From Eledone cirrhosa (lineage: Eukaryota), in NCBI GenBank assembly GCA_964016885.1, contig OZ024757.1:12896001-12960000 (forward strand): a DNA stretch of 64,000 bases, in the 5' to 3' direction. This document shows positions 52,462-64,000 of the stretch, in pieces. Position 1 is the stretch's first letter. Each line of letters begins with the position of its first letter. The notes beneath the pieces were generated by a model that did not search any database, was not told the origin of the DNA, and saw nothing but the letters and a program-made list of their open reading frames with translations. Both the position numbers and the translations under genes were made by a program.

Positions 52462-55400
52462 ATAAAAAAATTGATTATATAAGGTTTTCGAAAAAAATTA
52501 ATATGCGTTTTTCAAATTGCGTTTTTCGAAATATTAACTTCTGATTTCGAAAACTTATTTTTTTAGGTTTTTCGAAAAAAATTTAATCTTCAAAATTTGA
52601 AACCAGAGAGTTTCGAAAGATTTGTAAAAGCATGTTTTTTTTACGTTTTCGAAACATGCAAAAAATCAGAAAAAGATTAATACAGAAGTATATATTTCGA
52701 CTATGAACTCACATTCATTCTTTTTCGAAAAACCTAAAAAAATTGATTATATAAGGTTTTCGAAAAACCTAAAAAAATCAATATTTGAAATCAGATATAA
52801 ATATTTATAAAAAAATTGATTATATAAAGTTTTCGAAAAAAATTAATATGCGTTTTTCAAATTGCGTTTTTCGAAATATTAACTTCTGATTTCGAAAACT
52901 TATTTTTTTAGGTTTTTCGAAAAAAATTTAATCTGCAAAATTTGAAACCAGAAAGTAGATATTTCGAAAGATTTGTAAAAGCATTAATTTTTTACGTTTT
53001 TTTTTAGATTTCGAAACATGCAAAATGTAAAAAGATTAATACAGAAACATGAAAAATGTAAAAAGATTAATACAGAAGTATATATTTCGACTATGAACTC
53101 AGATTCATTCTTTTTCGAAAAACCTAAAAAAATTGATTATATAAGGTTTTCGAAAAACCTAAAAATATCAATATTTGAAATCAGATATAAATATTTATAA
53201 AAAAAATTGATTATATAAGGTTTTCGAAAAAAAATTAATATGCGTTTTTCAAATTGCGTTTTTCGAAATATTAACTTCTGATTTCGAAAACTGATTTTTT
53301 TAGGTTTTTCGAAAAAAATTTAATCTGCAAAATTTGAAACCAGAAAGTAGATATTTCGAAAGATTTGTAAAAGCATTAATTTTTTACTTTTTTTTAGATT
53401 TCGAAAATGCTAACAATCAGAAAAACGTAAAAAGATTAATGCAGAAGTATATATTTCGACTATGAACTCACATTCATTCTTTTTCGAAAAACCTAAAAAA
53501 ATTGATATTTGAAATCAGATATAAATATTTCTAAAAGTATAAAAAAATTGATTATATAAAAAAATATTGATTATATAAAAAATATTGATTATATAAAAAA
53601 ATTATTTTTCGAAAAAAAATTAATATGCGTTATTCAAGTTGCGTTTTTCGAAATATAAACTTCTGATTTCGAAAACTTATTTTTTCAGGTTTTTCGAAAA
53701 AAATTTAATCTGCAAAATTTGAAACCAGAAAGTAAATATTTCGAAAGATTTGTAAAAGCATGTTTTTTTTACGTTTTCGAAACATGCAAAAAATCAGAAA
53801 AAGATTAATACAGAAGTATATATTTCGACTATGAACTCACATTCATTCTTTTTCGAAAAACCTAAAAAAATCAATATTTGAAATCAGATATAAATATTTA
53901 TAAAAAAATTGATTATATAAGGTTTTCGAAAAAAATTAATATGCGTTTTTCAAATTGCGTTTTTCGAAATATTAACTTCTGATTTCGAAAACTTATTTTT
54001 TTAGGTTTTTCGAAAAAAATTTAATCTGCAAAATTTGAAACCAGAAAGTAGATATTTCGAAAGATTTGTAAAATCATTAATTTTTTACGTTTTTTTTTAG
54101 ATTTCGAAACATGCAAAATGTAAAAAGATTAATACAGAAACATGAAAAATGTAAAAAGATTAATACAGAAGTATATATTTCGACTATGAACTCAGATTCA
54201 TTCTTTTTCGAAAAACCTAAAAAAATTGATTATATAAGGTTTTCGAAAAACCTAAAAATATCAATATTTGAAATCAGATATAAATATTTATAAAAAAATT
54301 GATTATCGAAAAAAAATTAATATGCCTTTTTCAAATTGCGTTTTTCGAAATATTAACTTCTGATTTCGAAAACTGATTTTTTTAGGTTTTTCGAAAAAAA
54401 TTTAATCTGCAAAATTTGAAACCAGAAAGTAGATATTTCGAAAGATTTGTAAAAGCATTAATTTTTTACGTTTTTTTTAGATTTCGAAAATGCTAACAAT
54501 CAGAAAAACGTAAAAAGATTAATGCAGAAGTATATATTTCGACTATGAACTCACATTCATTCTTTTTCGAAAAACCTAAAAAAATCAATATTTGAAATCA
54601 GATATAAATATTTATAAAAAAATTGATTATATAAGGTTTTCGAAAAAAATTAATATGCGTTTTTCAAATTGCGTTTTTCGAAATATTAACTTCTGATTTC
54701 GAAAACTTATTTTTTTAGGTTTTTCGAAAAAAATTTAATCTGCAAAATTTGAAACCAGAAAGTTTCGAAAGATTTGTAAAAGCATGTTTTTTTTACGTTT
54801 TCGAAACATGCAGAAAATCAGAAAAAGATTAATACAGAAGTATATATTTCGACTATGAACTCACATTCATTCTTTTTCGAAAAACCTAAAAAAATTGATT
54901 ATATAAGGTTTTCGAAAAACCTAAAAAAATCAATATTTGAAATCAGATATAAATATTTATAAAAAAATTGATTATATAAGGTTTTCGAAAAAAATTAATA
55001 TGCGTTTTTCAAATTGCGTTTTTCGAAATATTAACTTCTGATTTCGAAAACTTATTTTTTTAGGTTTTTCGAAAAAAATTTAATCTGCAAAATTTGAAAC
55101 CAGAAAGTTTCGAAAGATTTGTAAAAGCATGTTTTTTTTACGTTTTCGAAACATGCAAAAAATCAGAAAAAGATTAATACAGAAGTATATATTTCGACTA
55201 TGAACTCACATTCATTCTTTTTCGAAAAACCTAAAAAAATTGATTATATAAGGTTTTCGAAAAACCTAAAAAAATCAATATTTGAAATCAGATATAAATA
55301 TTTCTAAAAGTATAAAAAAAATTGATTATATAAGGTTTTCGAAAAAAAATTAATATGCGTTTTTCAAATTGCGTTTTTCGAACTTCTGATTTCGAAAACT

Positions 55401-58400
55401 GATTTTTTTAGGTTTTTCGAAAAAAATTTAATCTGCAAAATTTGAAACCAGAAAGTAGATATTTCGAAAGATTTGTAAAAGCATTAATTTTTTACGTTTT
55501 TTATTAGATTTCGAAACATGCAAAATGTAAAAAGATTAATACAGAAACATGAAAAATGTAAAAAGATTAATACAGAAGTATATATTTCGACTATGAACTC
55601 AGATTCATTCTTTTTCGAAAAACCTAAAAAAATTGATTATATAAGGTTTTCGAAAAACCTAAAAAAATCAATATTTGAAATCAGATATAAATATTTATAA
55701 AAAAATTGATTATATAAGGTTTTCAAAAAAAATTAATATGCGTTTTTCAAATTGCGTTTTTCGAAATATTAACTTCTGATTTCGAAAACTTATTTTTTTA
55801 GGTTTTTCGAAAAAAATTTAATCTGCAAAATTTGAAATCAGAAAGTAGATATTTCGAAAGATTTGTAAAAGCATTAATTTTTTACGTTTTTTTTAGATTT
55901 CGAAAATGCTAACAATCAGAAAAACATAAAAAGATTAATGCAGAAGTATATATTTCGACTATGAACTCACATTCATTCTTTTTCGAAAAACCTAAAAAAA
56001 TTGATTATATAAGGTTTTCGAAAAACCTAAAAAAATCAATATTTGAAATCAGATATAAATATTTATAAAAAAATTGATTATATAAGGTTTTCAAAAAAAA
56101 TTAATATGCGTTTTTCAAATTGCGTTTTTCGAAATATTAACTTCTGATTTCGAAAACTTATTTTTTTAGGTTTTTCGAAAAAAATTTAATCTGCAAAATT
56201 TGAAACCAGAAAGTAAATATTTCGAAAGATTTGTAAAAGCATGTTTTTTTTACGTTTTCGAAACATGCAAAAAATCAGAAAAAGATTAATACAGAAGTAT
56301 ATATTTCGACTATGAACTCACATTCATTCTTTTTCGAAAAACCTAAAAAAATCAATATTTGAAATCAGATATAAATATTTATAAAAAAATTGATTATATA
56401 AGGTTTTCGAAAAAAATTAATATGCGTTTTTCAAATTGCGTTTTTCGAAATATTAACTTCTGATTTCGAAAACTTATTTTTTTAGGTTTTTCGAAAAAAA
56501 TTTAATCTGCAAAATTTGAAACCAGAAAGTTTCGAAAAAAAATCAGAAAAAGATTAATACAGAAGTATATATTTCGACTATGAACTCACATTCATTCTTT
56601 TTCGAAAAACCTAAAAAAATTGATTATATAAGGTTTTCGAAAAACCTAAAAATATCAATATTTGAAATCAGATATAAATATTTATAAAAAAATTGATTAT
56701 ATAAGGTTTTCGAAAAAAAATTAATATGCGTTTTTCAAATTGCGTTTTTCGAAATATTAACTTCTGATTTCGAAAACTGATTTTTTTAGGTTTTTCGAAA
56801 AAAATTTAATCTGCAAAATTTGAAACCAGAAAGTAGATATTTCGAAAGATTTGTAAAAGCATTAATTTTTTACGTTTTTTTTTAGATTTCGAAAATGCTA
56901 ACAATCAGAAAAACGTAAAAAGATTAATGCAGAAGTATATATTTCGACTATGAACTCACATTCATTCTTTTTCGAAAAACCTAAAAAAATTGATTATATA
57001 AGGTTTTCGAAAAACCTAAAAAAATCAATATTTGAAATCAGATATAAATATTTCTAAAAGTATAAAAAAATTGATTATATAAAAAAATATTGATTATATA
57101 AAAAATATTGATTATATAAAAAAATTATTTTTCGAAAAAAAATTAATATGCGTTTTTCAAGTTGCGTTTTTCGAAATATTAACTTCTGATTTCGAAAACT
57201 GAATTTTTTAGGTTTTTCGAAAAAAATTTAATCTGCAAAATTTGAAACCAGAAAGTAGATATTTCGAAAGATTTGTAAAAGCATTAATTTTTTACGTTTT
57301 TTTTTAGATTTCGAAACATGCAAAATGTAAAAAGATTAATACAGAAACATGAAAAATGTAAAAAGATTAATACAGAAGTATATATTTCGACTATGAACTC
57401 AGATTCATTCTTTTTCGAAAAACCTAAAAAAATTGATTATATAAGGAAAAACCTAAAAAAATCAATATTTGAAATCAGATATAAATATTTATAAAAAAAT
57501 TGATTATATAAGATTTTCAAAAAAAATTAATATGCGTTTTTCAAATTGCGTTTTTCGAAATATTAACTTCTGATTTCGAAAACTTATTTTTTTAGGTTTT
57601 TCGAAAAAAATTTAATCTGCAAAATTTGAAACCAGAAAGTAAATATTTCGAAAGATTTGTAAAAGCATGTTTTTTTTACGTTTTCGAAACATGCAAAAAA
57701 TCAGAAAAAGATTAATACAGAAGTATATATTTCGACTATGAACTCACATTCATTCTTTTTCGAAAAACCTAAAAAAATCAATATTTGAAATCAGATATAA
57801 ATATTTATAAAAAAATTGATTATATAAGGTTTTCGAAAAAAATTAATATGCGTTTTTCAAATTGCGTTTTTCGAAATATTAACTTCTGATTTCGAAAACT
57901 TATTTTTTTAGGTTTTTCGAAAAAAATTTAATCTGCAAAATTTGAAACCAGAAAGTTTCGAAAGATTTGTAAAAGCATGTTTTTTTTACGTTTTCGAAAC
58001 ATGCAAAAAATCAGAAAAAGATTAATACAGAAGTATATATTTCGACTATGAACTCAGATTCATTCTTTTTCGAAAAACCTAAAAAAATTGATTATATAAG
58101 GTTTTCGAAAAACCTAAAAAAATCAATATTTGAAATCAGATATAAATATTTCTAAAAGTATAAAAAAATTGATTATATAAGGTTTTCGAAAAAAAATTAA
58201 TATGCGTTTTTCAAATTGCGTTTTTCGAACTTCTGATTTCGAAAACTGATTTTTTTAGGTTTTTTGAAAAAAATTTAATCTGCAAAATTTGAAACCAGAA
58301 AGTAAATATTTCGAAAGATTTGTAAAAGCATGTTTTTTTTACGTTTTCGAAACATGCAAAAAATCAGAAAAAGATTAATACAGAAGTATATATTTCGACT

Positions 58401-61400
58401 ATGAACTCACATTCATTCTTTTTCGAAAAACCTAAAAAAATTGATTATATAAGGTTTTCGAAAAACCTAAAAAAATCAATATTTGAAATCAGATATAAAT
58501 ATTTCTAAAAGTATAAAAAAATTGATTATATAAAAAAATATTGATTATATAAAAAATATTGATTATATAAAAAAATTATTTTTCGAAACAAAATTAATAT
58601 GCGTTTTTGAAATTGCGTTTTTCGAAATATTAACTGCTGATTTCGAAAACTGATTTTTTTAGGTTTTTCGAAAAAAATTTAATCTGCAAAACTTGAAACC
58701 AGAAAGTAGATATTTCGAAAGATTTGTAAAAGCATTAATTTTTTACGTTTTTTTTAGATTTCGAAACACGCAAAATGTAAAAAGATTAATACAGAAACAT
58801 GAAAAATGTAAAAAGATTAATACAGAAGTATATATTTCGACTATGAACTCAGATTCATTCTTTTTCGAAAAACCTAAAAAAATTGATTATATAAGGTTTT
58901 CGAAAAACCTAAAAAAATCAATATTTGAAATCAGATATAAATATTTATAAAAAAATTGATTATATAAGGTTTTCAAAAAAAATTAATATGCGTTTTTCAA
59001 ATTGCGTTTTTCGAAATATTAACTTCTAATTTCGAAAACTGATTTTTTTAGGTTTTTCGAAAAAAATTTAATCTGCAAATTTTGAAACCAGAAAGTAGAT
59101 ATTTCGAAAGATTTGTAAAAGCATTAATTTTTTACGTTTTTTTTAGATTTCGAAACATGCAAAATGTAAAAAGATTAATACAGAAACATGAAAAATGTAA
59201 AAAGATTAATACAGAAGTATATATTTCGACTATGAACTCAGATTCATTCTTTTTCGAAAAACCTAAAAAAATCAATATTTGAAATCAGATATAAATATTT
59301 CTAAAAGTATAAAAAAAATTGATTATATAATGTTTTCGAAAAAAAATTAATATGCGTTTTTCAAATTGCGTTTTTCGAACTTCTGATTTCGAAAACTTAT
59401 TTTTTTAGGTTTTTCGAAAAAAATTTAATCTGCAAAATTTGAAACCAGAAAGTAAATATTTCGAAAGATTTGTAAAAGCATGTTTTTTTTACGTTTTCGA
59501 AACATGCAAAAAATCAGAAAAAGATTAATACAGAAGTATATATTTCGACTATGAACTCAAATTCATTTTTGTTCGAAAAACCTAAAAAAAAATTGATTAT
59601 ATAAGGTTTTCGAAAAAAATTAATATACGTTTTTCAAATTGCGTTTTTCGAAATATTAACTTCTGATTTCGAAAACTTATTTTTTTAGGTTTTTCGAAAA
59701 AAATTTAATCTGCAAAATTTGAAACCAGAAAGTAGATATTTCGAAAGATTTGTAAAATCATTAATTTTTTACGTTTTTTTTTAGATTTCGAAACATGCAA
59801 AATGTAAAAAGATTAATACAGAAACATGAAAAATGTAAAAAGATTAATACAGAAGTATATATTTCGACTATGAACTCAGATTCATTCTTTTTCGAAAAAC
59901 CTAAAAAAATTGATTATATAAGGTTTTCGAAAAACCTAAAAATATCAATATTTGAAATCAGATATAAATATTTATAAAAAAATTGATTATATAAGGTTTT
60001 CGAAAAAAAATTAATATGCCTTTTTCAAATTGCGTTTTTCGAAATATTAACTTCTGATTTCCAAAACTGATTTTTTTAGGTTTTTCGAAAAAAATTTAAT
60101 CTGCAAAATTTGAAACCAGAAAGTAGATATTTCGAAAGATTTGTAAAAGCATTAATTTTTTACGTTTTTTTTAGATTTCGAAAATGCTAACAATCAGAAA
60201 AACATAAAAAGATTAATGCAGAAGTATATATTTCGACTATGAACTCACATTCATTCTTTTTCGAAAAACCTAAAAAAATTGATTATATAAGGTTTTCGAA
60301 AAACCTAAAAAAATCAATATTTGAAATCAGATATAAATATTTATAAAAAAATTGATTATATAAGGTTTTCAAAAAAAATTAATATGCGTTTTTCAAATTG
60401 CGTTTTTCGAAATATTAACTTCTGATTTCGAAAACTTATTTTTTTAGGTTTTTCGAAAAAAATTTAATCTGCAAAATTTGAAACCAGAAAGTAAATATTT
60501 CGAAAGATTTGTAAAAGCATGTTTTTTTTACGTTTTCGAAACATGCAAAAAATCAGAAAACGATTAATACAGAAGTATATATTTCGACTATGAACTCACA
60601 TTCATTCTTTTTCGAAAAACCTAAAAAAATCAATATTTGAAATCAGATATAAATATTTATAAAAAAATTGATTATATAAGGTTTTCGAAAAAAATTAATA
60701 TGCGTTTTTCAAATTGCGTTTTTCGAAATATTAACATCTGATTTCGAAAACTTATTTTTTTAGGTTTTTCGAAAAAAATTTAATCTGCAAAATTTGAAAC
60801 CAGAAAGTTTCGAAAGATTTGTAAAAGCATGTTTTTTTTACGTTTTCGAAACATGCAAAAAATCAGAAAAAGATTAATACAGAAATATATATTTCGACTA
60901 TGAACTCACATTCATTCTTTTTCGAAAAACCTAAAAAAATTGATTATATAAGGTTTTCGAAAAACCTAAAAATATCAATATTTGAAATCAGATATAAATA
61001 TTTATAAAAAAATTGATTATATAAGGTTTTCGAAAAAAAATTAATATGCGTTTTTCAAATTGCGTTTTTCGAAATATTAACTTCTGATTTCGAAAACTGA
61101 TTTTTTTAGGTTTTTCGAAAAAAATTTAATCTGCAAAATTTGAAACCAGAAAGTAGATATTTCGAAAGATTTGTAAAAGCATTAATTTTTTACGTTTTTT
61201 TTTAGATTTCGAAACATGCAAAATGTAAAAAGATTAATACAGAAACATGAAAAATGTAAAAAGATTAATACAGAAGTATATATTTCGACTATGAACTCAG
61301 ATTCATTCTTTTTCGAAAAACCTAAAAAAATTGATTATATAAGGTTTTCGAAAAACCTAAAAAAATCAATATTTGAAATCAGATATAAATATTTATAAAA

Positions 61401-63560
61401 AAATTGATTATATAAGGTTTTCAAAAAAAATTAATATGCGTTTTTCAAATTGCGTTTTTCGAAATATTAACTTCTGATTTCGAAAACTTATTTTTTTAGG
61501 TTTTTCGAAAAAAATTTAATCTGCAAAATTTGAAACCAGAGAGTTTCGAAAGATTTGTAGAAGCATATTTTTTTTACGTTTTCGAAAAATGCAAAAAATC
61601 AGAAAAAGATTAATACAGAAGTATATATTTCGACTATGAACTCACATTCATTCTTTTTCGAAAAACCTAAAAAAATTGATTATATAAGGTTTTCGAAAAA
61701 CCTAAAAAAATCAATATTTGAAATCAGATATAAATATTTATAAAAAAATTGATTATATAAGGTTTTCGAAAAAAATTAATATGCGTTTTTCAAATTGCGT
61801 TTTTCGAAATATTAACTTCTGATTTCGAAAACTTATTTTTTTAGGTTTTTCGAAAAAAATTTAATCTGCAAAATTTGAAACCAGAAAGTAGATATTTCGA
61901 AAGATTTGTAAAAGCATTAATTTTTTACGTTTTTTTTTAGATTTCGAAACATGCAAAATGTAAAAAGATTAATACAGAAACATGAAAAATGTAAAAAGAT
62001 TAATACAGAAGTATATATTTCGACTATGAACTCAGATTCATTCTTTTTCGAAAAACCTAAAAAAATTGATTATATAAGGTTTTCGAAAAACCTAAAAATA
62101 TCAATATTTGAAATCAGATATAAATATTTATAAAAAAAATTGATTATATAAGGTTTTCGAAAAAAAATTAATATGCGTTTTTCAAATTGCGTTTTTCGAA
62201 ATATTAACTTCTGATTTCGAAAACTGATTTTTTTAGGTTTTTCGAAAAAAATTTAATCTGCAAAATTTGAAACCAGAAAGTAGATATTTCGAAAGATTTG
62301 TAAAAGCATTAATTTTTTACGTTTTTTTTTAGATTTCGAAAATGCTAACAATCAGAAAAACGTAAAAAGATTAATGCAGAAGTATATATTTCGACTATGA
62401 ACTCACATTCATTCTTTTTCGAAAAACCTAAAAAAATTGATTATATAAGGTTTTCGAAAAACCTAAAAAAATCAATATTTGAAATCAGATATAAATATTT
62501 CTAAAAGTATAAAAAAATTGATTATATAAAAAAATATTGATTATATAAAAAATATTGATTATATAAAAAAATTATTTTTCGAAAAAAAATTAATATGCGT
62601 TATTCAAGTTGCGTTTTTCGAAATATTAACTTCTGATTTCGAAAACTGAATTTTTTAGGTTTTTCGAAAAAAATTTAATCTGCAAAATTTGAAACCAGAA
62701 AGTAGATATTTCGAAAGATTTGTAAAAGCATTAATTTTTTACGTTTTTTTTTAGATTTCGAAACATGCAAAATGTAAAAAGATTAATACATAAACATGAA
62801 AAATGTAAAAAGATTAATACAGAAGTATATATTTCGACTATGAACTCAGATTCATTCTTTTTCGAAAAACCTAAAAAAATTGATTATATAAGGTTTTCAA
62901 AAAACCTAAAAAAATCAATATTTGAAATCAGATATAAATATTTATAAAAAAAATTGATTATATAAGGTTTTCAAAAAAAATTAATATGCGTTTTTCAAAT
63001 TGCGTTTTTCGAAATATTAACTTCTGATTTCGAAAACTTATTTTTTTAGGTTTTTCGAAAAAAATTTAATCTGCAAAATTTGAAACCAGAAAGTAAATAT
63101 TTCGAAAGATTTGTAAAAGCATGTTTTTTTTACGTTTTCGAAACATGCAAAAAATCAGAAAAAGATTAATACAGAAGTATATATTTCGACTATGAACTCA
63201 CATTCATTCTTTTTCGAAAAACCTAAAAAAATCAATATTTGAAATCAGATATAAATATTTATAAAAAAATTGATTATATAAGGTTTTCAAAAAAAATTAA
63301 TATGCGTTTTTCAAATTGCGTTTTTCGAAATATTAACTTCTGATTTCGAAAACTTATTTTTTTAGGTTTTTCGAAAAAAATTTAATCTTCAAAATTTGAA
63401 ACCAGAGAGTTTCGAAAGATTTGTAAAAGCATGTTTTTTTTACGTTTTCGAAACATGCAAAAAATCAGAAAAAGATTAATACAGAAGTATATATTTCGAC
63501 TATGAACTCACATTCATTCTTTTTCGAAAAACCTAAAAAAATTGATTATATAAGGTTTTC

Positions 63561-63706
63561 GAAAAACCTAAAAAAATCAATATTTGAAATCAGATATAAA
63601 TATTTATAAAAAAATTGATTATATAAGGTTTTCGAAAAACCTAAAAAAATCAATATTTGAAATCAGATATAAATATTTATAAAAAAATTGATTATATAAG
63701 GTTTTC
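63561..63706 (+). repeat. 73-bp intra-monomer tandem duplication
   Basis: GAAAAACCTAAAAAAATCAATATTTGAAATCAGATATAAATATTTATAAAAAAATTGATTATATAAGGTTTTC starts at 63561 and again at 63634. Confidence 0.88.
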
Positions 63707-64000
63707 GAAAAAAATTAATATGCGTTTTTCAAATTGCGTTTTTCGAAATATTAACTTCTGATTTCGAAAACTTATTTTTTTAGGTTTTTCGAAAAAAATT
63801 TAATCTGCAAAATTTGAAACCAGAAAGTTTCGAAAGATTTGTAAAAGCATGTTTTTTTTACGTTTTCGAAACATGCAAAAAATCAGAAAAAGATTAATAC
63901 AGAAGTATATATTTCGACTATGAACTCACATTCATTCTTTTTCGAAAAACCTAAAAAAATTGATTATATAAGGTTTTCGAAAAACCTAAAAAAATCAATA

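Larger units (their letters stand above)
1..64000 (+). repeat. AT-rich satellite DNA array, ~272-425 bp modular monomer, head-to-tail, about 180 copies, running off both window ends
   Basis: The anchor GAAACCAG recurs at 144, 489, 879, 1269, 1586, 1931, 2321, 2711, 3028, 3373 and onward to the end. Constant segments (TATTTCGACTATGAACTCA, AATATGCGTTTTTCAAATTGCG, TTAGGTTTTTCGAAAAAAATTTAATCTGC) are in essentially every unit. No unique sequence was seen. Confidence 0.99.

Noticed and set aside
563-62947. Fifty 60-85 aa ORFs (MQNVKRLIQKHEKC...) as a multicopy gene family
   Set aside because: They are one frame inside the long monomer class. The composition is rich in K, I, F and N, as expected for AT-rich DNA, and I recognise no domain. 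Length flips with a T8/T9 homopolymer and the 35-bp indel, the internal 31-bp duplication is not a multiple of three, and the longer forms need a TTG start. Ribosome profiling or proteomics evidence would be needed to reinstate them.
1-64000. CRISPR-like array (constant segments alternating with variable ones, a 35-bp unit)
   Set aside because: The variable segments are a few related, reused alleles rather than unique spacers. There is no leader or cas gene, and the period is about 350 bp.
1-64000. Viral origin-type repeats (baculovirus hr-like palindromes) or plasmid iterons
   Set aside because: The resemblance is only a restriction-site-cored dyad. Such regions are far shorter and flanked by genes, and none occur in 64 kb.

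Overview
The whole 64 kb is one uninterrupted head-to-tail array of an AT-rich satellite DNA (about 21% GC by hand count of the monomer at 481-870). I estimate about 180 monomers, all in the same orientation. I see no credible gene, RNA gene, transposon or CRISPR array, and the 50 ORFs in the track are one short reading frame repeated inside the monomer. Using GAAACCAG as anchor, monomers measure about 272-425 bp (common lengths 316, 345, 390) and are built from constant segments plus interchangeable cassettes. They are organised into nested higher-order repeats (1442, 1432, 1396, 3005 and 3550 bp) and long-range block duplications (offsets of about 15-34 kb). The most notable structures are (i) a 39-bp imperfect inverted repeat in nearly every monomer, (ii) six copies of a near-perfect 101-bp palindrome with the signature of a template switch, and (iii) dense TTCGAA motifs with CpG excess and CpG-transition variants. 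A eukaryotic (peri)centromeric or heterochromatic origin is an inference. I do not recognise the satellite family or the organism. Block boundaries are hand-read and approximate.
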